From Nitrosopumilus sp. (GTDB lineage: Archaea; Thermoproteota; Nitrososphaeria; Nitrososphaerales; Nitrosopumilaceae): 64,000 bases of DNA. Positions 10,258-20,698 of the stretch are shown piece after piece. A program made the translations under genes and the position numbers. The notes beneath the pieces are model-generated. The model ran no database searches and had not been told where the DNA came from. It saw nothing but the letters and a program-made list of their open reading frames with translations. How positions within the stretch are numbered: the first letter of the stretch is position 1; each line of letters starts with the position of its first letter. Where the stretch lies: the NCBI GenBank assembly GCA_965219345.1, contig OZ244732.1, positions 544,001 to 608,000 of the forward strand, read 5' to 3'.

Positions 10258-10393
10258 ATTAATTACTATAGTAACTTTAACTATTTAACATTTCATTAAA
10301 TATTTTATAAAATTTATGATATTTTATAAAATATTTTGTGCCTATTTGGAGGCATGATTGATCTATAAATTACGAATTTTTATTTAGAAAATA

Positions 10394-11137
10394 TTGAGAT
10401 TATCTGGAAAAGTTGCATTAGTAACAGGTGGAAGTCGCGGAATAGGATTTTCTATAGCAAAAATTTTGTCAGAAAATGGAGCAACAGTAATGATAACAGC
10501 AAAGAATCAAGATCGATTAAAAAAATCAACATTGAAGATCCCAAATGCAATATGTATTGCAGCTGATATTAGAAATACAAATGAAGTAAAAAATGTTGTA
10601 AATGAAACAGTTGAGAAATTTGGTAAATTAGATATTCTTGTAAATAATGCTGGAATATTTCCAAAGATCAGGCAATTACACGAGATTGATGAAGATGAAT
10701 GGAATGAAGTTTTAGATGTAAATCTTACAGGACAGTTTAGATTTACTAAGGAAGCAATTCCTCATTTGAAAAAAACAGGTGGTTCAATAATTAACATTTC
10801 ATCTGATGCAGGATTAAAGGCATATGAGGGATTTAATACTGATGCATATTCTGCTTCGAAAGCTGCTTTAATTTTACTAACAAAATGTTGGGCACTTGAA
10901 TATGCTAAAGACAGGGTTAGGGTTAACTGTATTTGTCCTGGAGTTGTAGATACAGATATGTCAAAACCGTTTTTGAAAACTCAGAAAGATAGAGAATTCA
11001 TGGATAGTGAACACCCAATAGGCAGAATTGGACAACCTGAAGAAGTGGCAAAAGCAGTAATGTATTTTGTATCAGATGACGCATCTTGGACTACAGGAGC
11101 AGTACTTGCAGTTGATGGAGGGGAATCAGTAAAATGA
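10394..11137 (+). CDS. SDR family (FabG-like) oxidoreductase
   Basis: TGGSRGIG, NNAG, YSASK, PGVVDT, VDGG. Confidence 0.92.
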   Translation: MRLSGKVALVTGGSRGIGFSIAKILSENGATVMITAKNQDRLKKSTLKIPNAICIAADIRNTNEVKNVVNETVEKFGKLDILVNNAGIFPKIRQLHEIDEDEWNEVLDVNLTGQFRFTKEAIPHLKKTGGSIINISSDAGLKAYEGFNTDAYSASKAALILLTKCWALEYAKDRVRVNCICPGVVDTDMSKPFLKTQKDREFMDSEHPIGRIGQPEEVAKAVMYFVSDDASWTTGAVLAVDGGESVK

Positions 11138-11147
11138 ATTCACATAA

Positions 11148-11384
11148 ATGGTTTACAATACTGGAGAAAAGAATATGATGAAGGATAGGAAGGCAAAAGC
11201 AAAGTTGATCATACTTTTAGGAAGTATTTGGATTATCATTACATTACCACTGCCATGGTTAGTAAACAACCCACTGGTTTCAGAAACACAGTTTAACACC
11301 ATACTTGCCATCATAGGAGTTATGTCAATTCCATTTATTGTTCTGGGAGTTGTTTGGACATTAAAGCCAGAACTTACAACTTAG
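11148..11384 (+). CDS. Small two-TM hypothetical protein
   Basis: Two hydrophobic helices. Confidence 0.65.
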   Translation: MVYNTGEKNMMKDRKAKAKLIILLGSIWIIITLPLPWLVNNPLVSETQFNTILAIIGVMSIPFIVLGVVWTLKPELTT

Positions 11385-11396
11385 TAGTGATTTCAT

Positions 11397-12212
11397 TTGA
11401 AAGATATCCCCATAGCTAATAAGATTCCTGAATTAGATATCGCCATTAAGGCTGCAAGAGAGGCAGGAAATGCAGTTTTAAGGATTTATCAGGGAGATTT
11501 CAAAGTATCACAAAAAAATGATGATTCTCCAATTACAGAAGCAGATCTGAAAAGTAATGAAATTATTAAAGAAATTCTCTCTCAGACAGAACATGTGATT
11601 TTATCTGAAGAAGACAAAGATGATCAAAGTCGATTATCAAAGGACACAGTTTGGATTGTAGATCCGCTTGATGGAACTTCTGATTTTGTTGATAAGACAG
11701 GTGAATTTACAGTTATGATTGCGCTAATCAAAAATAAAAAACCAATTCTTGGAGTTATTAGTTGGCCTACAGAAAAAACATTCTTTGTTGCACAAAAAGG
11801 AAGTGGGGCATTTAGATACTCAAATGGTGAGTGGAGAAAAATATCTGTAACTATATCAACAGAACTTTCAAAGTGTAGAGTAGTTGGTTCAAGACACCAT
11901 CTATCAGATAAAGAAAAATTATTTATCAAAAAATTGGGTATTGAAAATTTTACAAGTATAGGTAGTTCATTAAAGGTTGGAAAGATCAGCTCAGGAGAGG
12001 CTGAAGCATATATCACAACTACAAATAAAATGAAGGAATGGGATTCAGCTGCATCTTATTGTATTATTTTGGAAGCAGGAGGTAAGATGACAGATATGTT
12101 AGGAAATGATATCACTTACAATAACAAACAAGTGTATCATAAAAATGGAATTCTAGTGACAAATGGTTTAATTCATGAAAAAATTGTTGAAGAATTTAGA
12201 AAATTAGAGTAG
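11397..12212 (+). CDS. cysQ: 3'(2'),5'-bisphosphate nucleotidase
   Basis: SPITEAD, LSEE, WIVDPLDGT, GSSLK, EWDSAA; convergent with cysC. Confidence 0.88.
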   Translation: MKDIPIANKIPELDIAIKAAREAGNAVLRIYQGDFKVSQKNDDSPITEADLKSNEIIKEILSQTEHVILSEEDKDDQSRLSKDTVWIVDPLDGTSDFVDKTGEFTVMIALIKNKKPILGVISWPTEKTFFVAQKGSGAFRYSNGEWRKISVTISTELSKCRVVGSRHHLSDKEKLFIKKLGIENFTSIGSSLKVGKISSGEAEAYITTTNKMKEWDSAASYCIILEAGGKMTDMLGNDITYNNKQVYHKNGILVTNGLIHEKIVEEFRKLE

Positions 12213-12719
12213 GTTTCTTCCTTTGAGAAAGTCCTTTACTTTATTTGCACTATCTGAAAGTGAATCATGTTCTGTATCAATTACTAGATCTGCTTTTTCT
12301 GGAGCTTCATAAGGATCATCAATTCCCGTAAATCCTTTGATTTCTCCTTTTCTTGCCTTGGCATACATGCCTTTGACATCTCTTTCTTCACATTTTTCAA
12401 GTGAACACTTTACAAAACATTCTGCAAACTGATCACCAGCATTGATAATCTCTCTAGCATTTTCTCTATTCTCGATATATGGAGACACTAAAGATACTAC
12501 ACTTGGAACACCATGATTTAGCAAAAGCTTAGCCAAATGAGCAACTTTTTTGTTGTGTTCGTCACGTCCTTCTTTTGAAAAGTCTTTTGGAGAGAACCAT
12601 TCTCTTAATTCATCGCCATCGAGCATTGCCAAATTTGGTATATCTTTTTGCAAATCTTTTACAATTGTAGTCTTTCCTGAACAAGGAAGACCAGTCATCC
12701 AAAGAATAAAGGATTTCAT
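12204..12719 (-). CDS. cysC: Adenylyl-sulfate kinase
   Basis: WMTGLPCSGKTT, LDGD, RDVKGMYAKARKGEIKGFTGIDDPYEAP. Confidence 0.95.
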   Translation of the reverse strand: MKSFILWMTGLPCSGKTTIVKDLQKDIPNLAMLDGDELREWFSPKDFSKEGRDEHNKKVAHLAKLLLNHGVPSVVSLVSPYIENRENAREIINAGDQFAECFVKCSLEKCEERDVKGMYAKARKGEIKGFTGIDDPYEAPEKADLVIDTEHDSLSDSANKVKDFLKGRNLL

Positions 12720-12755
12720 AAATTAAATCTCAAAATAGCCCATAAAGAGCTTACG

Positions 12756-13298
12756 TTAATTTTGAAACCAAGGTTGATTTTCTAAATATTCAATTTCTTG
12801 AATCATATCTTTCATCTTTTTTGAAATTGTCATAACTGACTTAAATTGTTCATACATATCATATTCTTCTTCTTTCGAGAGTACTTCTGATTCAGCTTTA
12901 TCAAAAAAGTTTTCTTCTTTGGTCATATGGTCCACAAGATATATCGAATATGTTTTCAAATATCGGGCAACGGGTTCTCTTGTATCTTCTCCTTCTTTCC
13001 ATCTTTTAAGATATTTTTTGATCTGTATTGAAATCCTTCTTGAAAACTCATGTTCTATTAATAGAGATCTAATTTCTTGTTTAAGATGATCATAGCTAGC
13101 AACACAAGGAAAATAGGAATCTTCCTCTCTTGAATAATGAATAGAATCTAAGAATTCCTCTATAACTAATGTGATTTTATCTATATCAGATAAAGGAATA
13201 TTTTTCCCTGCATAAAGTTCTGTATAACACTTTATGATTACCTTCTCCAAGCGTTTAATCTGCTTGTGATCCTCACGTAATGCTTCTGTTGCACTCAA
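12756..13298 (-). CDS. Hemerythrin/HHE cation-binding domain protein
   Basis: H..., HYSREE, EH, HMTKEE repeats. Confidence 0.85.
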   Translation of the reverse strand: MSATEALREDHKQIKRLEKVIIKCYTELYAGKNIPLSDIDKITLVIEEFLDSIHYSREEDSYFPCVASYDHLKQEIRSLLIEHEFSRRISIQIKKYLKRWKEGEDTREPVARYLKTYSIYLVDHMTKEENFFDKAESEVLSKEEEYDMYEQFKSVMTISKKMKDMIQEIEYLENQPWFQN

Positions 13299-13416
13299 TT
13301 AAGGAGAATATTATCAAGGTTGATTTAATGTGTATCTAAAAATCAACTATGGAGCTTAAAATTATCAAACGAATCCAATTTAACTTTTATCCACATATGT
13401 TTACATTCAGTCATTA

Positions 13417-14802
13417 ATGAATCCCATAATTTTGTCTGTTTTGAATTTGATTAGAGGACAAGTTGAAGAGGCTTTTCCATTATCTGATTTTGATCCAAGT
13501 TTGATTTTAGATAAAATTGCAGAGATACAAAGTTCTATGTCTACATCATCTATTCAGGATGGACCAATTGCTTCAGCCCATGTAATATTACTTGCAGCAG
13601 GAGTAGTAATTTTTCTTGGTGTTGCAGGAGAAGCATTCTTCAAAAAAACAGGAATTCCAGATGTAGCATTTTTGATGATTTTTGGAGTAATAATAGGACC
13701 TGCCCTTGGAATTATTCAATCTGAAGCTGTTATAGAAGTAGTGCCATATTTTGCAGCACTTGCATTGATAATTATCATGTTTGATGGTGGATTACACTTA
13801 GACATCAAACATATTGTAAAAACTGCACACTTTTCCGTAACACTGGCTGTTCTTGGTTTTATTTTGTCAGTTGTAATCATTAGCCTTGCTGCTCATTATG
13901 CATTAGGATGGTTTTGGTTAGAGAGCATTTTGTTAGCTTCAATTGTAGGTGGCAGTAGTTCAGCAATTGTTTTTGGCCTCGTCAGAAATATCAAAATTTC
14001 AGAAGAAGTCAAATCAATGCTAAGTTTTGAATCTGCACTAACCGATATTTTAGCCATGATTGTTGCATTCATATTATTTGAAGCAGTGCTTATAGGACAT
14101 TTTGATCTGCAAACATTGCAAGAAACCCTTGGAAGAGCAGTTGTTGTAGGTTTGGTTCTTGGGTTCGGTGTAGGAATTCCATGGATGTATGTTTCAACAA
14201 AGCTTGGAAATGCTCAACATGCATACATGCTTACATTAGGAATATTGTTTGTTTTGTTCTTCTTAGCAAACTCATTTGGAGAATCTGGAGCTTTGACAGC
14301 ACTAGTATTTGGTTTAATGCTTGGAAACAAACGTCACCTATCACGAATACTCAAATTTAAGCTGCCAAAGATCGAGACGGATGATCCAACACATAACCAA
14401 CTAACATTTTTGGTTAGATCATTCTTCTTTGTGTTTGTTGGATTAATGGCAAGTTTTGGACAAATAGAATATGTTGTATTTGGAATTTTGATTACAATTG
14501 CTGTTTTTGGTGGAAGAATATTTGTTGGCAAGATAACACTAACAAAAAGATTTTCCAAATTGGATAGAGCAGTAACAAACTCAATGATTCCTAGAGGACT
14601 AGCTGCAGCTGTGCTTGCTACATATCCAGTGACTATGGGTCTGTCAAATGGAGAAGCATACCCACAAATCATCTTCTTTATCATTTTATCATCAGTAATT
14701 ATTACAACAGTTGGGTTAGGAAAATCAAAGAAGATTCCTCCACCTGAATCAGTTGAAGGTGGATTTGTCAAAAAACCACCTGAGGATTCACAAAGAGAAT
14801 AG
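13417..14802 (+). CDS. CPA1 cation:proton antiporter (NhaP-like)
   Basis: Multi-TM; FDGGL, LSFESALTD, PRGLAAAVLA. Confidence 0.88.
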   Translation: MNPIILSVLNLIRGQVEEAFPLSDFDPSLILDKIAEIQSSMSTSSIQDGPIASAHVILLAAGVVIFLGVAGEAFFKKTGIPDVAFLMIFGVIIGPALGIIQSEAVIEVVPYFAALALIIIMFDGGLHLDIKHIVKTAHFSVTLAVLGFILSVVIISLAAHYALGWFWLESILLASIVGGSSSAIVFGLVRNIKISEEVKSMLSFESALTDILAMIVAFILFEAVLIGHFDLQTLQETLGRAVVVGLVLGFGVGIPWMYVSTKLGNAQHAYMLTLGILFVLFFLANSFGESGALTALVFGLMLGNKRHLSRILKFKLPKIETDDPTHNQLTFLVRSFFFVFVGLMASFGQIEYVVFGILITIAVFGGRIFVGKITLTKRFSKLDRAVTNSMIPRGLAAAVLATYPVTMGLSNGEAYPQIIFFIILSSVIITTVGLGKSKKIPPPESVEGGFVKKPPEDSQRE

Positions 14803-15006
14803 ATGAACAATTTATCATTCCTACGCGTGCCTTATATGCAAAATTTCTTTATTGACTTTATGGTAGAAATTCAATCAATTCCAAAAAAAGAAAATTCGTC
14901 TTTTGAAGAAAAACTATCTTGGAGAGATATTCAGGGATTAAGCTGGACATTAGAAGAACATAGTTTTGAATTAAATGAAAAATTTCCTACTTACGCACAA
15001 GCGTAA
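14803..15006 (+). CDS. Hypothetical protein (uncertain; start may be internal)
   Basis: Short ORF filling gap. Confidence 0.4.
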   Translation: MNNLSFLRVPYMQNFFIDFMVEIQSIPKKENSSFEEKLSWRDIQGLSWTLEEHSFELNEKFPTYAQA

Positions 15007-15024
15007 GTTAGATTATTTTTTAAA

Positions 15025-15930
15025 TTATAGATCAAGTGTTTCTTTGAGACCCTTGTATCTATTTCTGATAGTTACTTCAGTAACATTTGCAGCTTCGGCA
15101 ATATCACGTTGAGTTTTATCTTCATCATTTCTAACACAGGATAGATATAATGCTGCAGCTGCTAGTCCCATTGGATCTTTTCCTGCAGAAACTTCATTTT
15201 GTTGTGCTTGTTTTAGTACTTTGACTGCATATCTTTTAGTTTTTTCAGCAATTCCAATTCTACTTGCAATTCTTGCAACACATTGGACTGAATCAGTTAC
15301 TGGCATCTTCAAATCAAGTTCTTTAACTAGTAATCTATAGCATCTTGCAATATCTTTTCTTTTAATATTACCAGCTTGTTCTACATCTTTTAGATTTCTT
15401 GGAGTTGCAGTATCACGACAAGCCGCGTAAAGCGCTGCAGCCATCAAAGCTGAAATGGAACGGCCTCTAACAAGACCTTTTTCAAGTGCTTTTCTGTAAA
15501 GGTAAGCTGCTTTTTCAATAACTGCATCAGAAATAGCTAATTTGTCTTTTAGTCTATTTAATTCATTAAATGCTTGTCTAAAGTTTCTATCTACTGGTTC
15601 ATGAACTTGACTTCTACTATCCCAAGTTCTAAGTCTTTCAATGGTGCTTTTCATAGATGCTGTAAGTGGTCTGCCGGAAGCATCTTTGTTTACAGGATTA
15701 ATGATTGTTGCAAGACCCATATCATGCATTGTCAATGATGTAGGTGCACCAGCTCTTGCTCTGTCACCATGTTCATCTTGAGAAAAGGATCTCCATTCTG
15801 GTCCAGATTCTTGCAATTTTTCAGTAATTACAAATCCACATTTGGAGCAGAACATCTCTCCTGATTCATTATCAGTAACTAATTTTCCCTGTGCACATCT
15901 TGGACATATTGCATCTGTTTTACTTACCAT
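15025..15930 (-). CDS. tfb: Transcription initiation factor IIB
   Basis: Zn ribbon CPRC..CSKCG, GPEWRSF, two cyclin repeats, VTEVTIRNRY. Confidence 0.97.
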   Translation of the reverse strand: MVSKTDAICPRCAQGKLVTDNESGEMFCSKCGFVITEKLQESGPEWRSFSQDEHGDRARAGAPTSLTMHDMGLATIINPVNKDASGRPLTASMKSTIERLRTWDSRSQVHEPVDRNFRQAFNELNRLKDKLAISDAVIEKAAYLYRKALEKGLVRGRSISALMAAALYAACRDTATPRNLKDVEQAGNIKRKDIARCYRLLVKELDLKMPVTDSVQCVARIASRIGIAEKTKRYAVKVLKQAQQNEVSAGKDPMGLAAAALYLSCVRNDEDKTQRDIAEAANVTEVTIRNRYKGLKETLDL

Positions 15931-16087
15931 TCACGAGTCTAGGTTCCTCGTTGTTTGGTATTTATTAATCAACAACTTTTTTCTTCAAATTTTGAGCCAG
16001 ATTTGAGCCAAATAACAACAGAATAGTCATTATGGGATAATTCAAAGAAACACAAATCACCAGTTAGATTAACGGTTAATATTTAGA

Positions 16088-16396
16088 CTAAGATTCTAGT
16101 TTTTCTTTGATTGTTTGAACGTATTTTTTGTTGTATTTATTGAATAGTTTAATTTTGTTTTGAGATAAAGCCATAGCACCTGGTCTACTATTCACATGTT
16201 TTTCAGTAATTTTTTGTTGTTCTAAGAGTTTAACAAGATTCTCTTTTGGTTGAGATTCTAATTCTACAAGTAAAATTTCAAGTTCTTTTTCAAGAATATC
16301 TTTTGTGTCAGGAATTGCAGGAGGTTCAGCACCAATGATTTCTTTGGTTGTAATTTTACCAAATACTTTCTTGTCTAATTCAAGCAACAGTGACAA
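16088..16396 (-). CDS. Hypothetical protein
   Basis: ORF only. Confidence 0.65.
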   Translation of the reverse strand: MSLLLELDKKVFGKITTKEIIGAEPPAIPDTKDILEKELEILLVELESQPKENLVKLLEQQKITEKHVNSRPGAMALSQNKIKLFNKYNKKYVQTIKEKLES

Positions 16397-16506
16397 TTGA
16401 AATTCGTGTTATAAATTCAATTTTATTTGAAAAGAGTTTACAAAAGTAACTTAATCATGCCTGATTAGTAAATGTCTACTTATAAGAAATCAACACGAGT
16501 AGAATT

Positions 16507-16779
16507 ATGGTAATTCCAGATGATGTTGAAGAATTTGTTGAAAAGCACATCAAGTTAATGATTTCACAGACTGAGACATACCTACCTTTTATCAAAGTTG
16601 TATTTCCTTACTCAAATAACGTAGCTGATAGTGTTTACAATCTAATTATTGGTAGTGCACTATCTGTATTTGTCAATCAATTTGCATTGAAGATGAAGAA
16701 TCCAACTGTGGAAGATTTTACAGATTTTGGAAAAATTGCTCTTAAATATAGAGATCAGATTGATCAGTTTTTTAAATAG
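16507..16779 (+). CDS. Hypothetical protein
   Basis: ORF with TATA-like TTATAAG upstream. Confidence 0.7.
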   Translation: MVIPDDVEEFVEKHIKLMISQTETYLPFIKVVFPYSNNVADSVYNLIIGSALSVFVNQFALKMKNPTVEDFTDFGKIALKYRDQIDQFFK

Positions 16780-17010
16780 TTAGGCCAGTTCGCCTAGAAA
16801 ATGAACAGTATCATTAGTTACAATAACAGTTCTATCTTTTGGAACACGGTATAATTTTTTTAACCCATTAGAAGATTGAACAATGAGTTTTGAAAATGGA
16901 TCTTTGAGTGATTTGTAAAGAACTCCTTTATCGCCTACTGATTGAGACCAATGAGTTCCTTGTACAAAGGAAATTGTTTGAAACTTAACAACTTGGTATG
17001 AATAAACCAT
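16780..17010 (-). CDS. Hypothetical protein
   Basis: ORF only; abuts convergent gene. Confidence 0.65.
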   Translation of the reverse strand: MVYSYQVVKFQTISFVQGTHWSQSVGDKGVLYKSLKDPFSKLIVQSSNGLKKLYRVPKDRTVIVTNDTVHFLGELA

Positions 17011-17170
17011 TACTAATTAATTATTAATTATTGCACTCATTAAGGATTTTCCTCCAATTAGTGCTAAAATGGACAGTCCAACGTTTGCAACAATATTGAT
17101 TGCAAGTATTCCATAGTGATTGTTTTCAAGAAGATTTCTTTAGAATCAATTTAGTCTAATCAAAAAAATC

Positions 17171-17608
17171 CTACAAGTTAATTGTAGAAGAAAATATTCT
17201 TTCAAATAATATATCTTTAAATTTATTTACCAAATCCATTATTACGCGAACTTGTTCCATTGTAACTTCTCTGAGACTTTGAATAATATCATTAAGTTTT
17301 GAAATTTCAGTTTGTAATTCTACCTTTTCATTTTTTAGAGTTGATATCTGTCCTTTAAGGTTGATATTTTGTTGTTTTAACATGTCATTTTCTTCAGTTA
17401 ATCGTTGTATTTTTTCTGATTCGGTGTTTACTGGGAATGGTTCAGGTACAGGATCAGGATCAGGTGGGTGAATTGGTTCTGGCTCTGGAGAAGGTACTGG
17501 AATTTCTGGTGGTTTTGGTCCTTGCTCAGTTTCAAATGCCAATGCAAATTGCAGAGAACTAACTGAAAGAAGTACAACAGTTAAAACAAAAATAAAACCA
17601 GTTTTCAT
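17171..17608 (-). CDS. Secreted Pro-rich / coiled-coil hypothetical protein
   Basis: Signal peptide, PEP-rich linker, heptad region. Confidence 0.7.
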   Translation of the reverse strand: MKTGFIFVLTVVLLSVSSLQFALAFETEQGPKPPEIPVPSPEPEPIHPPDPDPVPEPFPVNTESEKIQRLTEENDMLKQQNINLKGQISTLKNEKVELQTEISKLNDIIQSLREVTMEQVRVIMDLVNKFKDILFERIFSSTINL

Positions 17609-17684
17609 TTTAATTTTTCACAGAAATATTAGAGCGATTTCGTATATGAATATGATTATCGATTTTTAAGAATGAAAAATAGAG

Positions 17685-17903
17685 TTATTTGTAAAAACCA
17701 GGCTCTTGATCTCTTTTTTGTTTTGGAAGATCGTCCATAACAGCTTTGACAACTTCGTCGTGATTATATGTTAGATGTCTAAGAAATTTTGTTGATTCAT
17801 CTGCTCTAGTCTTTGCATCAGCAAATAACATCTCAGAGCTGCTCAGTTCAGTCATCATCATATTACATTCTTGGCATGGTTGAAAGTCAAGATAGAGTTT
17901 CAT
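17685..17903 (-). CDS. Small hypothetical protein (CxxC...H..H, possible Zn binding)
   Basis: PCQEC and HLTYNH motifs; downstream of cdc48. Confidence 0.65.
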   Translation of the reverse strand: MKLYLDFQPCQECNMMMTELSSSEMLFADAKTRADESTKFLRHLTYNHDEVVKAVMDDLPKQKRDQEPGFYK

Positions 17904-17933
17904 TGTTATACGTCATTTTCCTTGGTATTTAGA

Positions 17934-20075
17934 CTATTTTATACATTGAGTAAGTGGAGCCTCTTTTTTTCGAGGTTTCACCTTGTCTACTGCATCAATC
18001 AAATCTTGTTGGGTAATTTTGATATCTTTAATATTTTGAGATTTACCATTAACATATCTCTTCAAAGCTGTTATTGCTGCTCTGTTTGTAACTGCAGCAA
18101 TGTCTGCACCACTGAAAGTATCTGTCAACTCTACAAGTTTTGTAATATTAGCATCACTCACAAGTGGTTTCTTTTTTGTGTGAATTTCAAAGATATGTTG
18201 TCTTCCTTTGGCATCAGGATTAGGGACTTCAATGATTCTATCAAACCTACCAGGTCTTAGTAGTGCCTCATCAACAATATCCAATCTGTTGGTTGCACCA
18301 ATTATCAAAACGTTATGAAGTTCTTCAAGTCCATCAATCTCGGTTAGAATTTGAGACACTACATTTTCTGTAACGTGTGATCCTGAACCCCCACTACCTC
18401 TTCGTGGAACAAGTGCATCAACCTCATCTAAAAAGATGATACATGGTGCTGCCTGTCGCGCTTTTCTGAAAATTTCTCTTACTCCTTTTTCAGATTCGCC
18501 AACCCACTTTGAGAGTAATTCTGGACCCTTAATGCTGATAAAGTTAGACTCTGTCATTTTTGCAAGTGCTTTTGCAATTAGGGTTTTACCAGTTCCAGGT
18601 GGACCATGAAGTAAAATTCCCTTTGGAGTTTCTACATTAACAAAATCAAAGGCTTCTTTGTGTTTGATAGGCCATTCAACTGCCTCGCAAAGTTCTTCTT
18701 TCAATTGATCTAGACCCCCAACATCATCCCAACTAACATTTGGAATTTGGACTTGTACCTCTCTGAGTGCACTTGGTCTAACTTCTTTTAATGCATCTCT
18801 AAAGTCATCACTAGTAATTTGGATTTTTTGAAGAATTTCTGAAGAAACTTTTTCTTCATCAAGATCAATTTCAGGAAGAATTCTACGAAGAGATCTCATA
18901 GCAGCTTCTTTGGATAATACTTCCAAATCAGCTCCCACAAATCCATGTGTAGTCTTTGAAATTTGTTTTAGATCTACTTTGTCATTTATTGGCATACCAC
19001 GTGTATGAATTGAAAGAATATCGAATCTTCCCTCGTCATCAGGAATTCCAATTTCAATTTCTCTATCAAGTCTTCCTGGCCTTCTAAGTGCCGGATCAAT
19101 GGAGTCGGGTCTGTTAGTAGCAGCAATTACTACAACTTTTCCTCTGGACTTCATACCATCCATTAGTGTTAAGAGTTGAGAAACTATTCTCTTCTCAACG
19201 TCACCAGATACTTCATCTCTCTTAGGAGCTATAGAATCAATCTCATCAATGAAAATTATACTAGGTGAGTTTTCTTCAGCTCGTGTGAAAATTTCTCTAA
19301 TTCTCTCTTCACTTTCTCCATAAAACTTACCCATAATTTCAGGCCCACTAAGTGAGATAAAGTGAGCATTGGTTTCTCCCGCAACTGCTTTTGCAAGTAG
19401 AGTCTTTCCTGTGCCTGGTGGGCCATATAGTAATACGCCTTTTGGTGCCTCTACGCCTATTTTTTCAAACAACTCAGGATGCCTCATGGGTAACTCAACC
19501 ATTTCACGGATCTTCTGAACTTCATTTTTTAGGCCACCAAGTTCATCATATGTTATTCTTGGGACAGATGCATCAACTGCTTTTGTCATTGTTCCAAGTT
19601 TGAAGATTGTATTCTCAGTAACAATAACTGGTTTTGATGGCTTTGTACTAGTTACAACAAATTGAACTCTACTTCCCATCTGTGTGTTTAGGGATAATGA
19701 GTCTCCAGTTGTAAAGACATGATTAAGATAGTTGTAAATCATATATTCTTGTAATCCTTCTGCTGTAATCTTTTCAGTTGGTGATAATACAATCTGTTCA
19801 GCATTTGCAGTTTCGACAGATTTTAATAAAATTTTATCACCAATTCCAGCTCCAATATTTTGTCTTGTAATTCCATCAATTTTGATAATGTTTGCTCCAT
19901 ATTCTTCAGTGGTACCTGGCCAGAGTTTAACATGTGTTTTTTTATTGTATTTTAATTCTAGAATTTGACCGGTATTCCATTTTTGATCCTCAATAATTTT
20001 AGGATCAACAATTGCCCTACCCCTTCCAACATGTTGTTGTGGAATTTCATCTACTTTTAAAATAATTTTGCTCAT
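17934..20075 (-). CDS. cdc48: CDC48/VAT family AAA+ ATPase
   Basis: N-domain plus two AAA modules ([20 protein letters not shown]). Confidence 0.95.
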   Translation of the reverse strand: MSKIILKVDEIPQQHVGRGRAIVDPKIIEDQKWNTGQILELKYNKKTHVKLWPGTTEEYGANIIKIDGITRQNIGAGIGDKILLKSVETANAEQIVLSPTEKITAEGLQEYMIYNYLNHVFTTGDSLSLNTQMGSRVQFVVTSTKPSKPVIVTENTIFKLGTMTKAVDASVPRITYDELGGLKNEVQKIREMVELPMRHPELFEKIGVEAPKGVLLYGPPGTGKTLLAKAVAGETNAHFISLSGPEIMGKFYGESEERIREIFTRAEENSPSIIFIDEIDSIAPKRDEVSGDVEKRIVSQLLTLMDGMKSRGKVVVIAATNRPDSIDPALRRPGRLDREIEIGIPDDEGRFDILSIHTRGMPINDKVDLKQISKTTHGFVGADLEVLSKEAAMRSLRRILPEIDLDEEKVSSEILQKIQITSDDFRDALKEVRPSALREVQVQIPNVSWDDVGGLDQLKEELCEAVEWPIKHKEAFDFVNVETPKGILLHGPPGTGKTLIAKALAKMTESNFISIKGPELLSKWVGESEKGVREIFRKARQAAPCIIFLDEVDALVPRRGSGGSGSHVTENVVSQILTEIDGLEELHNVLIIGATNRLDIVDEALLRPGRFDRIIEVPNPDAKGRQHIFEIHTKKKPLVSDANITKLVELTDTFSGADIAAVTNRAAITALKRYVNGKSQNIKDIKITQQDLIDAVDKVKPRKKEAPLTQCIK

Positions 20076-20102
20076 TTTATCATCTCAAAAATTAAGGGGG
20101 GG

Positions 20103-20594
20103 TTATTCAACCTCCACTGTTTTGCCTTTTGGTTTTTCTTCAACTAACTTAAAGACTAGTTCTAAAATTCCGTTTTTATAAGAAGCCTTTACAGAGTTCT
20201 CATCAACTTTGTGTTTTAGTGGAACTTTTACATGATATTTTTTTTCGTCATGTTCTGCAGAAAGATCTACATCCTTGTCTTCAACAATAATTTTAACATC
20301 AGTCTTTTCAACTCCTGGCATCTCAGCTATTAGTTTTACAGTCTTTTCTTTTTCATCGACAATTGTGTCGACAATTGGCTCTCTTGTACTAGAAGTTGAA
20401 AGTTGGTCTGGTTTGACATTTCCAAACTCATTTACAACAGGTTTTCCATCTGGACCAATGGTCATTGTATAACCGTAACAACATGAACTAGCATCATTTC
20501 CTTTGAATTTCTCAAAAATATCATCTACATTGAAAAAAGAGTTTGATATACTTCTGAAAATTCTATCAATTTCACTATCAAAGAATGTTGTCAT
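20103..20594 (-). CDS. hsp20: Small heat shock protein Hsp20
   Basis: AEMPGV, ASYKNGILE alpha-crystallin motifs. Confidence 0.92.
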   Translation of the reverse strand: MTTFFDSEIDRIFRSISNSFFNVDDIFEKFKGNDASSCCYGYTMTIGPDGKPVVNEFGNVKPDQLSTSSTREPIVDTIVDEKEKTVKLIAEMPGVEKTDVKIIVEDKDVDLSAEHDEKKYHVKVPLKHKVDENSVKASYKNGILELVFKLVEEKPKGKTVEVE

Positions 20595-20698
20595 ATTTAT
20601 CTACTATATGTAATATATATGACATTATATAAAGATTATCGTGATTTCTTTGATTTCTTACATAATCCTATTATAACTGACATATTATAATAATCTTA

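Noticed and set aside
10338-10349. GTGCCTATTTGG also present near attR (~53619)
   Set aside because: A single 12-bp match 43 kb apart with no other support; compatible with chance.
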